Translations under genes and position numbers: made by a program
Part shown: positions 1 through 9,224 of the stretch, piece after piece
Position numbering within the stretch: position 1 is the stretch's first letter
Layout of the letters: each line of letters begins with the position of its first letter
Assembly (NCBI GenBank): GCA_030690305.1
Contig: JAUYHB010000006.1
Span: 84,574 to 148,573, forward strand
Direction: 5' to 3'
DNA: 64,000 bases
Source of the DNA: a bacterium
GTDB taxonomy: Bacteria; Patescibacteriota; Minisyncoccia; Phycocordibacterales; JAGLPS01
Notes under the pieces: model-generated
Told to the model about the DNA's origin: nothing
Database searches by the model: none
The model's input: the letters and a program-made list of their open reading frames with translations, nothing else

Positions 1-413
1 TGCTTTTGCCTTTTCTTTTGTTTGAATTGCCGTTGGGAAAAATTGCCGACCTGTTTTTGGGAGAAAAAGAAATACTCGTTGCCGGACTTGCCATAATGGC
101 GGCCGCTACTTCACTCGTTACATACCTTTCCACGGCCTCTTTCGTTCTTTGGGCAATTGTGTTATTCCTCACGCGCGTCGGAGCAAGTGCGGTTGAAATT
201 ATGACGGAAAGTTATTTCTTCAAACACGTCAATGCCACCGATTATGACGCCATCAGCGTGTTCCGCATGACACGCCCAATTTCTTATATCGTGGCACCTC
301 TCATTGCGGCTCTCGCACTCAGCACACTTCCTTACCGGTTCATTTTCCTCGTCCTTGTAGGAGTCATATTACTTGCAATCGGACCAGCGCTTCGTCTTAA
401 AGATACGCGCTAA
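1..413 (+). CDS. MFS-type transporter, C-terminal fragment (5' end lies outside the window)
   Basis: ORF 6..413 is open to the window edge. Four or more hydrophobic helices and a GxLxDR-like loop are typical of the C-terminal half of major-facilitator permeases. Confidence 0.45.
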   Translation, partial: LLPFLLFELPLGKIADLFLGEKEILVAGLAIMAAATSLVTYLSTASFVLWAIVLFLTRVGASAVEIMTESYFFKHVNATDYDAISVFRMTRPISYIVAPLIAALALSTLPYRFIFLVLVGVILLAIGPALRLKDTR

Positions 414-434
414 AAATCACTCAGCAACATTTTT

Positions 435-556
435 TACAAAGCGCTCACCTGCTTCCTGCGGCAGGTTCGCTAAACTCGTAAAATTTTTGGCCCAAGGCCA
501 AACCAAGCAAATTTTCCTGCGAACATTGTAAAAAATGTTGTCTCGCTTTAACGGGC
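435..556. repeat. Intergenic repeat element copy A (about 120 nt, second copy at 42748..42866), candidate structured RNA or MITE
   Basis: About 85-90% identity to 42748..42866 in the same orientation. Terminal inverted ends AAAGCG...CGCTTT. Internal hairpins TTTGGCC-caa-GGCCAAA and AACATT-n6-AATGTT. Confidence 0.6.
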
Positions 557-592
557 AGAGGGAAGGGTTTGAGAAAAATCGTAATCCTAAAA

Positions 593-979
593 TTATTTCC
601 CCGCTTTGGCTATCTTTACTGCACTTTTGCGCACTTTTTTCACTGCTTTTTTACCTTCCGCTTCCATTTCCTTTTTTAAGTGTTTCCAGTAGTTTCCCAG
701 CTCTTTTTCAAGGTCGGCGATTTCCTCTTTACCGATGTGTTTTGCGTTATTATAACGGGAAAGAATTTGTTTCACTATTGTTTGGTACGTATCCTTGTTG
801 ATGTCGGTAAGCACTTCAAGTTTTTCCAGGACTTCTCCCTTGGCCTTAAGCGCCCATCCTCGTATTTTAGCCCGTCTTTTTTTTGCATCCTTTGCGCCAT
901 ACAAAAAATAAGCTGCGGCTGTAGCCGCAAGAGCCGAACCGACTGCGATACCAAGACCGATGTTATTTTTTTTATTCAT
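593..979 (-). CDS. YtxH/DUF948-like small membrane-anchored protein
   Basis: N-terminal Gly/Ala-rich TM helix (GLGIAVGSALAATAAAYFLY) followed by a charged coiled-coil. The architecture resembles the YtxH family. Confidence 0.4.
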   Translation of the reverse strand: MNKKNNIGLGIAVGSALAATAAAYFLYGAKDAKKRRAKIRGWALKAKGEVLEKLEVLTDINKDTYQTIVKQILSRYNNAKHIGKEEIADLEKELGNYWKHLKKEMEAEGKKAVKKVRKSAVKIAKAGK

Positions 980-980
980 A

Positions 981-1256
981 TTATTTTTTGTTTTTTGTTT
1001 TTTTATTACTTTGTAAGCCCAAAATGCGGGTAAGAAAGTCCCCTGTTTTTTTACCCTCTTTCTTGATTGTTACACGCAATGAATGAACATCTTCAACGAC
1101 CTCACTTCCTTCGTCTTTTATTTTCTTGGAAAGTCCACGTATGTCGGCCAAAATTCTTATCACATACCAAAGCGCCACCACAACAATAAGGGCAACCGCT
1201 ACGACCGCAACTGTGGTTACAAAAAAGAAAGTATCGGCTCTTGTTACGGCATCCAT
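981..1256 (-). CDS. DUF948-like small membrane protein
   Basis: Single N-terminal TM helix (VAVVAVALIVVVALWYVI) followed by a charged helix. Paired with the preceding paralogous-looking gene. Confidence 0.4.
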   Translation of the reverse strand: MDAVTRADTFFFVTTVAVVAVALIVVVALWYVIRILADIRGLSKKIKDEGSEVVEDVHSLRVTIKKEGKKTGDFLTRILGLQSNKKTKNKK

Positions 1257-1262
1257 AGGCTT

Positions 1263-2006
1263 TTACTGTGCATTATCCAGACATGATGTTAATTGGGACG
1301 TTTGCGTCCATCCGCATTTCCCATTTGTTTGCCGCCCGCACTGGGCATCCTGGTAACAGGCGTATTGCTCCGTCCATTCGCACGTTGTAACAACATCCTC
1401 ATCCGCGCATATCTGTCCGCTACAACCGGTCGGGAGGCATTCCTTCGGCGTGTCGGAAGAAACAGCCTTGGCGCTAAATTCCACCGGCATGCGAAGTTCA
1501 TCGGCATTTTCGGAAAGCCCCGATGGATTATCCTTTTCGAAAATAAGCATTCCGCGCTCGGTCGGAACGGAATTAAAGGTCAATACCGCCTTGAATGGCA
1601 CGAAATCTTGAGTCATCCATTCACCCTGAGCGGTTGCGATTGCGGTAGCGATTTTATTTCCCGATGCGTCAAACAAATGTATCGGGAAAGAGGCCTCAAA
1701 GAACCAATACCCTCTTGCTTCTCCGCTTATGGTCAGAGGGCTTTTGATTGAATCCCCGGGACGCGGTACCGATACACGGATAATGTCCTGTTTCTCAATT
1801 TCATTTCCAACATCTTCCACGAATTCGGAATTTGGCGCTTTGCATTTACGCGGATAGGATTCAAGCACCGGATAACCCGCTTTTACACACTCTTCAAAAC
1901 TTCGAATAGGGACATATTTTTTGTTTTGAAACACCACAAGCGCAATGACAACCGATGCGAACAGGGCCAAACAAAGAAACAATGCAAGATTTTTTCTGGA
2001 TATCAT
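1263..2006 (-). CDS. Secreted protein with Gmad2-type immunoglobulin-like domain and C-terminal Cys-rich domain
   Basis: Signal/anchor LALFLCLALFASVVIALVVF. The central region (PLTISGEARGYWFFEASFPIHLFDASGNKI...) matches the Gmad2 Ig-like fold pattern. The C-terminal 60 aa contain 10 Cys. Confidence 0.5.
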   Translation of the reverse strand: MISRKNLALFLCLALFASVVIALVVFQNKKYVPIRSFEECVKAGYPVLESYPRKCKAPNSEFVEDVGNEIEKQDIIRVSVPRPGDSIKSPLTISGEARGYWFFEASFPIHLFDASGNKIATAIATAQGEWMTQDFVPFKAVLTFNSVPTERGMLIFEKDNPSGLSENADELRMPVEFSAKAVSSDTPKECLPTGCSGQICADEDVVTTCEWTEQYACYQDAQCGRQTNGKCGWTQTSQLTSCLDNAQ

Positions 2007-2194
2007 GCTAAAACTTTTTTATTCCCCTGTTATCTCAGGGCAAGTATGATAATAATATTTAAAGAAATAATGACTGTCCCGATTACTCCGGTGACAAGAG
2101 CGGCAAGCATTATTTTATTCCCGTACCATGGTTCCTTGTCCGTCATAACGATTGTATTGTAACACACGGGTGCGAGGACAAAAAATTTCCGCAA

Positions 2195-2345
2195 TAAAGG
2201 GTATTAACCGCAGGGCAAGCCCTGCACCCATTTGGTGCTCGAAGACTCGCTCTCTCCCCGTCCCAGAGGGGCGGGGTATTAAACCCTTTGTTACGACTTC
2301 GACTCGGACGCTGTGTACAATCGGAATTGTCCACGCGCTCCTCGC
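2195..2345 (-). other. 16S rRNA 3'-terminal-domain-like sequence element (not a full rRNA gene)
   Basis: The minus strand reads ..GATTGTACACAGCG..GAAGTCGTAACAAAGG..(hairpin CCCCGCCCC/GGGGCGGGG)..GCAGGGCTTGCCCTGCGGTTAATACCC. TTGTACACA, GAAGTCGTAACAA and CCTGCGGTT are collinear with the universal 16S 1390 / 1495-1506 / 1525-1533 motifs. It sits in a 350-nt intergenic gap. Confidence 0.35.
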
Positions 2346-2358
2346 TTGTCGTAATAAT

Positions 2359-3909
2359 CTAAAAAACTTTTATTTGTATACCGCTTTTCGTTTTTACCTC
2401 CGAGCCTTCTGTCTCGATTTCAATTTCCGTTTCGCTTTCAATTTTTACTTCATCGTTGTGAGAATCATCGGAGCCGCGTACCCCACTCTCGCTGTCGGAC
2501 TGAAACATATTTGAGAGAAGTCCGGATGCGGTTTTCGCGTTTGCGTATGAAATATTCCACAATCGCAAGGCACTTGTGTAATCGCCTTGCGCATACGCGA
2601 CCTCCGCCTGAACCGAGGTGTTTTCCGCTTCGGCAATCAAATTTTGTGCTTTATCCGTAATACCGGTTATGCGCAAAACTTTCTCCGACAACTTTAATCG
2701 TGCTTCCGTAAGTGCGATATCGGCTTTTTCCTTCATTCGATCCGCCTCTTTTTGAAGATACGTGTTTACACGGGAGGAAGAAGAAACGGAAGATGTGGCA
2801 GTACTATTATTATCATCTTCCTCAGCGGGTATCGGAAGGATGGAAGGAAAAATTTGTAATTTATGTTTTTGTTCCGCTCTCAAGAGAATCTCAAGCCTGT
2901 ACGCGAGGTTAAACGCATTTTGAAGTTCAGCAAACGCCTCTCTGTACTCTTTATTATTGAGAAAAGATTTTCCGGCGGATATCCCCTCGGTTACCGTGGC
3001 GAAATCGGCTTTTACCTGAGTCATAGTTGAAGTGGAAAGGGATGTTTCAAATTTTTGTATGATTTTTGACACATCGTGCGATTTTGATTCCGCCAATTTC
3101 AGCATTCTCAAAACAGAGGATTCTTTAACATCCGCTGCTTTTACTGCTTCTTTTGAACCATCCGATGAATCATCCGGGCTGGAAGATAACGCAAGAGAGT
3201 CTTCGTTTATTTTTACAGCCACCCGAAGATTGACCGAAGCAGCCGCGGGAACAGCGTTGACGGTTTCCCTATTCTCCCTTACAACAGCAAGCATCCTCCC
3301 CGTTGAGTCATTTTCATCATCGCTGTTGCGCAACGACAAGCGGGTGAGAATTTCCTCATGGGCCTCTAGCGATGTTTCAAAGCGTGAAGTGACCTCACTC
3401 GCTCGTTCGGGGTCCCGTTCCTCAAATTCTTTTACCCTCTCAGCGACTTTTTGAGCGTGTTTTTCAAATTGTTCCGCAATTTTTTGCTCATTTGCCGCGC
3501 TTAGTTTCCCTTCCGCAGAAAGCGATGCCGCCTCAACAAGGCGCCGTTCGGCTCGCTCACTTTCCCATTGTGCTTTCGCTTCGGAAGAAAAAGTGAGAGT
3601 TTGTTTTATTTCTTCGTTCACAGATACTTTGACCGGGTACAGCAAATCTCCGGGCAGAGAACCTTCGGCGGCAAAGGACACACCGCCCCCGACAACAAGC
3701 GCGAGAATGAGTGCGATGGGCATGGGATTTCTGAGCAAGAGAAAGAAAAAACTATTTGGCCACCGGTTTTCGGGACGCAAAAGATTTTCTTTTTTTACAG
3801 GTGCGGTACGTATGGAATGTTCAAGAACCGCCTTCATATGTCCTTTTTCCTGAGACGTCATGCGGATTGTTTGTCCTATCGTATGAAGTTGTTTTTCGAA
3901 ATTGTTCAT
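2359..3909 (-). CDS. Putative anti-sigma factor (DUF5667-like), single-pass membrane, coiled-coil
   Basis: Start overlaps the stop of the upstream ECF sigma gene (ATGA). One TM helix (PIALILALVVGGGVSFAA) then a long extracytoplasmic helical region. Layout is typical of sigma/anti-sigma pairs. Confidence 0.45.
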   Translation of the reverse strand: MNNFEKQLHTIGQTIRMTSQEKGHMKAVLEHSIRTAPVKKENLLRPENRWPNSFFFLLLRNPMPIALILALVVGGGVSFAAEGSLPGDLLYPVKVSVNEEIKQTLTFSSEAKAQWESERAERRLVEAASLSAEGKLSAANEQKIAEQFEKHAQKVAERVKEFEERDPERASEVTSRFETSLEAHEEILTRLSLRNSDDENDSTGRMLAVVRENRETVNAVPAAASVNLRVAVKINEDSLALSSSPDDSSDGSKEAVKAADVKESSVLRMLKLAESKSHDVSKIIQKFETSLSTSTMTQVKADFATVTEGISAGKSFLNNKEYREAFAELQNAFNLAYRLEILLRAEQKHKLQIFPSILPIPAEEDDNNSTATSSVSSSSRVNTYLQKEADRMKEKADIALTEARLKLSEKVLRITGITDKAQNLIAEAENTSVQAEVAYAQGDYTSALRLWNISYANAKTASGLLSNMFQSDSESGVRGSDDSHNDEVKIESETEIEIETEGSEVKTKSGIQIKVF

Positions 3910-4421
3910 AATTGTATCGCGTTGCGTAATTTGAAAAGCCCTCTGTGGATGCGGACTGAAACGACATTTTCATTTTCTCCGATAAGTTCGGCAATTTCCC
4001 TTGGCGAGAAACCGTCCATGTACCTCATCGTCACGACTTCCCGATACTTTTCAGGAAGCGTCTTGAGTGCCTTTAGGAGCCGTATCCCGTCAAAGCGAAT
4101 TTCCGCCTGTTCCATTTCTCCCGTACTGTGTAAATCGGGGATGTCCCCTTCGGAAGCGTCTTCCCGCTCAAGAAATTCATCGAGGGATGTCGTTTTCTTT
4201 TTTCGGTATTCGTCGATAATCAAATTGTTTAACACTCGATAAAGAAAAGGTTTGAAATCATCGATGGTTTTCCCCTGGGCGACGTAATTCCACGTCTTTG
4301 TGAACGACTCTTGGACAAGTTCAAGCGAACGTTCCCTGTCGCCAATACGAAAGAAGCAATGCCTGAAAAGAGCATCGGAATAGTCCTCAAACGCCTGAGT
4401 AAATCGTCCCGTAACGTCCAT
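3906..4421 (-). CDS. RNA polymerase ECF-type sigma-70 factor
   Basis: Region 2 (FTKTWNY...YLYRVLNNLIIDEYRK) and region 4 HTH (REVVTMRYMDGFSPREIAELIGENENVVSVRIHRGLFKLR) motifs. Confidence 0.85.
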   Translation of the reverse strand: MDVTGRFTQAFEDYSDALFRHCFFRIGDRERSLELVQESFTKTWNYVAQGKTIDDFKPFLYRVLNNLIIDEYRKKKTTSLDEFLEREDASEGDIPDLHSTGEMEQAEIRFDGIRLLKALKTLPEKYREVVTMRYMDGFSPREIAELIGENENVVSVRIHRGLFKLRNAIQL

Positions 4422-4524
4422 TCTTTTGTTTCTTAGTATATAAGACGAAAAGATGTCATTTCCCTTTCACAATCAATGTACCATGATATGCATGTTCTTT
4501 TCCAGAAATGATAGGATAAAGCCA

Positions 4525-5211
4525 ATGAAAAAAGTGGCTATTTTTGATGTCGATGGGACCGTGTTCCGTTCAAGTCTTCTGATTGAATTAACCGAACGAC
4601 TGATTGAGAAAGGACTGTTCCCTTCCGCTGCCCGGAGAGAATATCAATACGAATACAAAAAATGGCATGACCGTGAAGGCAGTTACGAAGAATATATCGA
4701 TAACGTCATAAAGGCGTTCATGAAATATGTACGCGGTGTGTCATATAAAGATTTTCTTGAAGCCGGGGATGAGGTGTTTGAACAGCAAAAAAACAGGACC
4801 TACCGATACACACGCGATCTTATAAAAAAATTAAAAAAGGAGAAATATTACCTTCTTGCCATTTCCCAGTCTCCCAAAGGAATCCTTGATAAGTTCTGCG
4901 CTCATATGGGATTTGATAAAATATATGGAAGAATCTATGAGCTTGGACCCGAGGATAAGTTCACAGGAAATATCGTCGACCTTCACCTTATTTCAAACAA
5001 GGCAAACATAGTAAAGCGGGCGATTGAAAAAGAAAATTTGACGCTTGAAGGATCGGTTGCCGTCGGGGATACGGAGGGAGACGTTTCAATGCTTGAGATG
5101 GTTGGACAACCTATTTGTTTCAATCCGAATATGAAACTCTACAGAGAAGCGAAACGCAACGGATGGAAAATTGTTGTTGAACGGAAAGACGTGATTTATG
5201 AAATCAATTAA
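4525..5211 (+). CDS. HAD-IB family hydrolase (phosphoserine-phosphatase-like)
   Basis: Motif I IFDVDGTV at the N-terminus and motif IV GDTEGDVSM. Start trimmed from the ORF start (4453) to the ATG preceding DxDGT. Confidence 0.7.
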   Translation: MKKVAIFDVDGTVFRSSLLIELTERLIEKGLFPSAARREYQYEYKKWHDREGSYEEYIDNVIKAFMKYVRGVSYKDFLEAGDEVFEQQKNRTYRYTRDLIKKLKKEKYYLLAISQSPKGILDKFCAHMGFDKIYGRIYELGPEDKFTGNIVDLHLISNKANIVKRAIEKENLTLEGSVAVGDTEGDVSMLEMVGQPICFNPNMKLYREAKRNGWKIVVERKDVIYEIN

Positions 5212-5214
5212 AAA

Positions 5215-5246
5215 AGCCCGTTTCGTTAAGAAACAGGCTTTTGGGA
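5215..5246 (+). terminator. Rho-independent terminator after the HAD gene
   Basis: AGCCCGTTTC-gttaa-GAAACAGGCT hairpin (one mismatch) followed by TTTTGGG. Confidence 0.5.
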
Positions 5247-5462
5247 AACAGAGCATTTTTTAAAACTGTTCAAACTTATTATTGTTAAGAGAACATCTGT
5301 AACTAAAAGCGCCGCTAACAATAAAGCAAGGCAGGAGACTGTCCACTCGTTTATCTCTGGTTTCATCCACATTAACAGAAGAGAGAGAATTGTTACCCGA
5401 GAAAGAAAGAACCCACCGAGAAGAAATATTAACGCTATCCAACCAAAGTTTAATTCCATCAT
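5226..5462 (-). CDS. Small two-TM membrane protein (78 aa)
   Basis: Strong RBS AAGGAGG 7 nt upstream of ATGATG (MMELNFGWIALIFLLGG...). The longer six-frame ORF start (5561) has no RBS. Confidence 0.5.
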   Translation of the reverse strand: MMELNFGWIALIFLLGGFFLSRVTILSLLLMWMKPEINEWTVSCLALLLAALLVTDVLLTIISLNSFKKCSVSQKPVS

Positions 5463-5630
5463 AGAATTCCTCCTTTTTTTGAATAGTCTTCTATAAAATG
5501 TTTTTATAAGAACAATCTTTAACCTGTTGTCATTATACCACAATATATGGCATAAAGTCAATATCTATTATACCTATATTTTAAGCCTTAATTTAAGGAA
5601 ATATAGTTTTTAAGTACTCTTATTTTATCT

Positions 5631-7622
5631 TTACTCGGAGACCGGGTAACACGTTTGGCATACCCCAAGGTCTTGCAGTTTTTCCAGGTATGCAATGACG
5701 GTAAGTACGAACTCCGCGTGGCTCCATGTCAGGGGCCTGACCGAAAGCGGAGAGCCGTTATATGGATGCAGTTGTTCGGATAATAAGCCCGAGGTAAGAG
5801 CGTTTTTTAATGTCCACAAAAGCGTCTCCTTTGCCCCATCAAGGTCTTCCTGGCTTTCAGCCCGGGCGATATCGTATTGTGCAAACCATAATGTGGTAAT
5901 AAACCACGCATTGCCCGGCAGTCCGGACCCGACACCGTAATATACATCCCCTTCGTAGCGGGCATATCCACCTATATCCGTGTGAACACGCAACCTCTCA
6001 CGAGAAATCATCATGGCTTTAAGAAGCCGTTCGTCATATGGAGACAAAACCCCGAATCTAAAAATTCCATACGCACTCGAAGCATCTATCGTCTTGTCGT
6101 AAATAATACTTCCCCGCGGAGGTACCGTAAGCATCCGGCTGAACGTGCCTTCTTTTTCGTTGTAGAGATATTTTATTATTGCCGCCTGAATTTCGTCCGC
6201 CGCCCGGTGATATTTTTTCGATTCGTTTTGCTTTCCCAAAAGAAATGCGAACTTCCCCGCCGCAATCAGTCCTCCGTACACCGCAGCGGCGGTAAAACAG
6301 GAGATGCCGTTACGTTCCTCCCACAAATCGTAACTTGGTCCCGGAAGACCGGTTTTTTTATCCCTGTATTCGACAAGAAAATCCCCCGCCCGTTTTATAA
6401 AGGAATTGTAAATACTTTCAATAAATTCGAGATTTCTCGTCACCGCGTAATGGTCCCAAAGCGTATAGAGAGATGTTGCCGTTTCGTCCTCTTGGATGGC
6501 AAGTTGTGAGACTCCGTTTCGTATCCACGGATGCCACGAACTTCCCAACGACCTGTCCGAATTATATTTGTGCAGGAGAAAACCTTCGTCGGTAAGCACT
6601 TCGTTGCAGAAAGAATAAAAGCGCGTGCTTAAATCAAAGTATCCCGCTTTGTCAAAAGCAAGGGCGGCAAACGCCGCGTCGCGCGGCCACATATAACTGT
6701 ATGTGTCGCGGCCATGCTGCAGAATGGATGAGTCTCCCGAAGCGATGAGAGCTCCTCGGTTGTCCGCGTGAGTTCGCATGATAAGAAGCGATTTTTTGAA
6801 CAGGTCTCCAACGCCTTCATCAAGGCCGTAGAAAACAAAACGGCGCTTGTTTACCCACGCTTTCCAAAAATCTCCCGTACTTTTCAAAAGATGGGGCGGG
6901 GTTTTTTTAAGAACGTATGAATTCAAAAGTCTCGCTTCACGCAAAGTATGAGAAGCGATAATCCAGTAGTACACTTCTCCTACTTCCTCGGCTTCAAGAG
7001 GCACCGTAAAACCCACGGTTGAATCCACTGACCCGTGTTCAATGGCGTTTTTTGAAAGTAGTCCGTCTTCGGCGTCTTTCCATGTTCCCTCTTTTCCTTC
7101 TATTTGAGAAAGGCCGACGCTGTAATCGTCGAAAGAACCTTCGTGTAAACCGAGGCCTGCAATAAAGAAAAGTCTTCTTCCTTTGTAATGAACAATTGCG
7201 TTATCCTCCGGCTGATAGTAGGCGGTGTTGCCATAACTGGAATGGGAAATTTGGAACTCTTGATTGATAAATACTTTTATTACCCGGGAAGAAGGGTGGC
7301 GGTTTTGAACGGTGATTTTCCGAAGAAAAATATTTGATTCGTTATAGACCGTATCATTAAAAAAAAGTGAAACTTTCAGGCGGTCATTGACGGCGCGAAT
7401 TTCCGAAACCATTGTTTCCTTCTTGTAATCAACCGTTACATTCCAATCATCGCTTGCAAGCCACGAGAAATCGCCGTCAACCCACACGCCAATACGGTGA
7501 ACAACCCCGCTTGGAGAGTGGTTGGACATACCTACATAAGGAAAATAAAAATCACGTACTTGTCCCCTGCTATCGAGAAAAACAAGTATGTTACCGTTTC
7601 CCAAAACTAGTGATCTTGCCAT
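5631..7622 (-). CDS. Glycoside hydrolase family 15 (glucoamylase/glucodextranase-like)
   Basis: N-terminal beta-sandwich plus (alpha/alpha)6 domain. Conserved YSYMWPRDAAFAALAF and WEERNG motifs of GH15. Confidence 0.85.
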   Translation of the reverse strand: MARSLVLGNGNILVFLDSRGQVRDFYFPYVGMSNHSPSGVVHRIGVWVDGDFSWLASDDWNVTVDYKKETMVSEIRAVNDRLKVSLFFNDTVYNESNIFLRKITVQNRHPSSRVIKVFINQEFQISHSSYGNTAYYQPEDNAIVHYKGRRLFFIAGLGLHEGSFDDYSVGLSQIEGKEGTWKDAEDGLLSKNAIEHGSVDSTVGFTVPLEAEEVGEVYYWIIASHTLREARLLNSYVLKKTPPHLLKSTGDFWKAWVNKRRFVFYGLDEGVGDLFKKSLLIMRTHADNRGALIASGDSSILQHGRDTYSYMWPRDAAFAALAFDKAGYFDLSTRFYSFCNEVLTDEGFLLHKYNSDRSLGSSWHPWIRNGVSQLAIQEDETATSLYTLWDHYAVTRNLEFIESIYNSFIKRAGDFLVEYRDKKTGLPGPSYDLWEERNGISCFTAAAVYGGLIAAGKFAFLLGKQNESKKYHRAADEIQAAIIKYLYNEKEGTFSRMLTVPPRGSIIYDKTIDASSAYGIFRFGVLSPYDERLLKAMMISRERLRVHTDIGGYARYEGDVYYGVGSGLPGNAWFITTLWFAQYDIARAESQEDLDGAKETLLWTLKNALTSGLLSEQLHPYNGSPLSVRPLTWSHAEFVLTVIAYLEKLQDLGVCQTCYPVSE

Positions 7623-7644
7623 AATGCAAACCTATATTGAGAAA

Positions 7645-7950
7645 TTATTTGCAGTTGTCGCAAACCGAGAGCGCCTTTATCGCCCCCGCTTTCGTTTTTG
7701 CCTTTCGCAGAGCAGTAGCGCAGTGGGAGCAACCCAGAACATTCTCAACCCAGTTTGCAAAGTCGTTGCTTCCGTTGCCCGTGTGATGAGCGAATTGCTC
7801 CTTTTTCATTCCCTGAAATGCCTTTTTGAGTTCCTCGACATTTTTGATAACGGGACCGTTATTGACCCAAAAGCACGCTTCTCCCTGCGCCTCGTTGTGA
7901 CAGGTACACATCGCGGCGAACTTTTTTGTTTTTGTCTTTGTAGTACGCAT
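7645..7950 (-). CDS. Small Cys-rich hypothetical protein (possible metal-binding)
   Basis: CTCH, CSHC and CDNC pairs in 101 aa. Sits between the GH15 and GH57 genes on the same strand. No recognised family. Confidence 0.35.
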   Translation of the reverse strand: MRTTKTKTKKFAAMCTCHNEAQGEACFWVNNGPVIKNVEELKKAFQGMKKEQFAHHTGNGSNDFANWVENVLGCSHCATALRKAKTKAGAIKALSVCDNCK

Positions 7951-7973
7951 ATTAATTTCTAAATGTAATTATA

Positions 7974-9224
7974 TCAGTGAGTTAATAATTTTTGTAATGT
8001 CCTCTTCACACGAAACCAAACGGGCGGAAGCGGCGCCGATTCGATTCGTTTTCTTAAATCATGAAGGACGTTCATATAGGCGATAAACGCTTCGTAAGGA
8101 GATTCGTAAGGATTAAAGTATGCATGTACATCACCGTCGGAAAACCACTTGGTACACATATAGTAGAAATGGTCCGATGTTTGCAGTTTCCGCCAATCCT
8201 CAACAAGTTTCTCGTCTCCCGTCTCAAGTACCATATCTTCAAGAGCATATATCGAACGGAGAGCGTCATGCTGAATCGGATTTGAGCGCCAGGCGGAGAG
8301 GTCCCGCTCTATGTCGGCCCATGAAACGTAATTCGGCACATCCAATTCCCCTACCGGACGCAATAGTTCAAGCGCTTCCCGGGGAGTCACAAAGTGGTTG
8401 TCCGAACGTTTGAGCATTTCTTTCGGTAAATGGCGCATAAATTCAAAAATGCCCGTGTCTTCCCACTGGTGCTCGCCAAACGTCTCGTAATCCATGAACA
8501 GGTTGATTATTTCCCCGTTGCCATGGTGAGCCTCTACCCATTTCACAAACTTGGGTGCGGTAAGAGGATAGTCTTCCCACCATTTCGCGCCAAAACGAAA
8601 AGCAATATCGTCGGAAAGTTTATAGTTTTTCAAAAGAAGCGTGAGCGGAGCGTCTTTGGCTTTGTATAGGAAATTCGGACTTCTCCACCCGAGAATATGG
8701 TCGGCGCCTTCGGCGAGCATTCCCTTGTATCCGAGCCGTGCGATTTCTTTTCCGATGTCATTGCTGTAGATAAGCTCGGTGTTCCGGAAAACCGTCGGAG
8801 TATAACCGAACAATGATTTTATTTTTTCTCTGTGTTTTTCTATCTGTTTTCTGAATTCGGCCGGGGAATGTAAAAATGCGAGCGAGTGGTAGTACGTTTC
8901 GCTTAAAATTTCCACTCTCCCCGTTTCGACGAGTTTTCTAAACGACTCAAGCACATGCGGAGCAAATTGTTCGAATTGTTCAAGTACGACTCCGGAAAAT
9001 GAAAAACTTACCTTAAACTCCGGATGTTTTTGCAACAAATGAAGAAGAAGGGCGTTTGCGGGAAGATAGGATTTTTCCGCCACCTTGAGAAGTATTTTTC
9101 TGTTATTGAGGTCGGACTGCCCGTTGTCGTTGAAATAATTGTGGTCTGTACCGACGTCAAAAATTCTGTATCGTTTTACCCGATGAGGCTGGTGAACTTG
9201 AAAATAAAAACAGATATTAAGCAT
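7974..9224 (-). CDS. Glycoside hydrolase family 57 (alpha-amylase/4-alpha-glucanotransferase-like)
   Basis: N-terminal FQVHQP motif plus the GH57 catalytic-region pattern. The six-frame ORF begins at a TTG (9242), so the first ATG (9224) is used. Confidence 0.8.
   Translation of the reverse strand: MLNICFYFQVHQPHRVKRYRIFDVGTDHNYFNDNGQSDLNNRKILLKVAEKSYLPANALLLHLLQKHPEFKVSFSFSGVVLEQFEQFAPHVLESFRKLVETGRVEILSETYYHSLAFLHSPAEFRKQIEKHREKIKSLFGYTPTVFRNTELIYSNDIGKEIARLGYKGMLAEGADHILGWRSPNFLYKAKDAPLTLLLKNYKLSDDIAFRFGAKWWEDYPLTAPKFVKWVEAHHGNGEIINLFMDYETFGEHQWEDTGIFEFMRHLPKEMLKRSDNHFVTPREALELLRPVGELDVPNYVSWADIERDLSAWRSNPIQHDALRSIYALEDMVLETGDEKLVEDWRKLQTSDHFYYMCTKWFSDGDVHAYFNPYESPYEAFIAYMNVLHDLRKRIESAPLPPVWFRVKRTLQKLLTH

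Noticed and set aside
535-1033. Plus-strand ORFs 535..801 and 680..1033
   Set aside because: The first lies across the intergenic repeat element. The second is antisense to the YtxH-like gene. Neither has an RBS or a domain.
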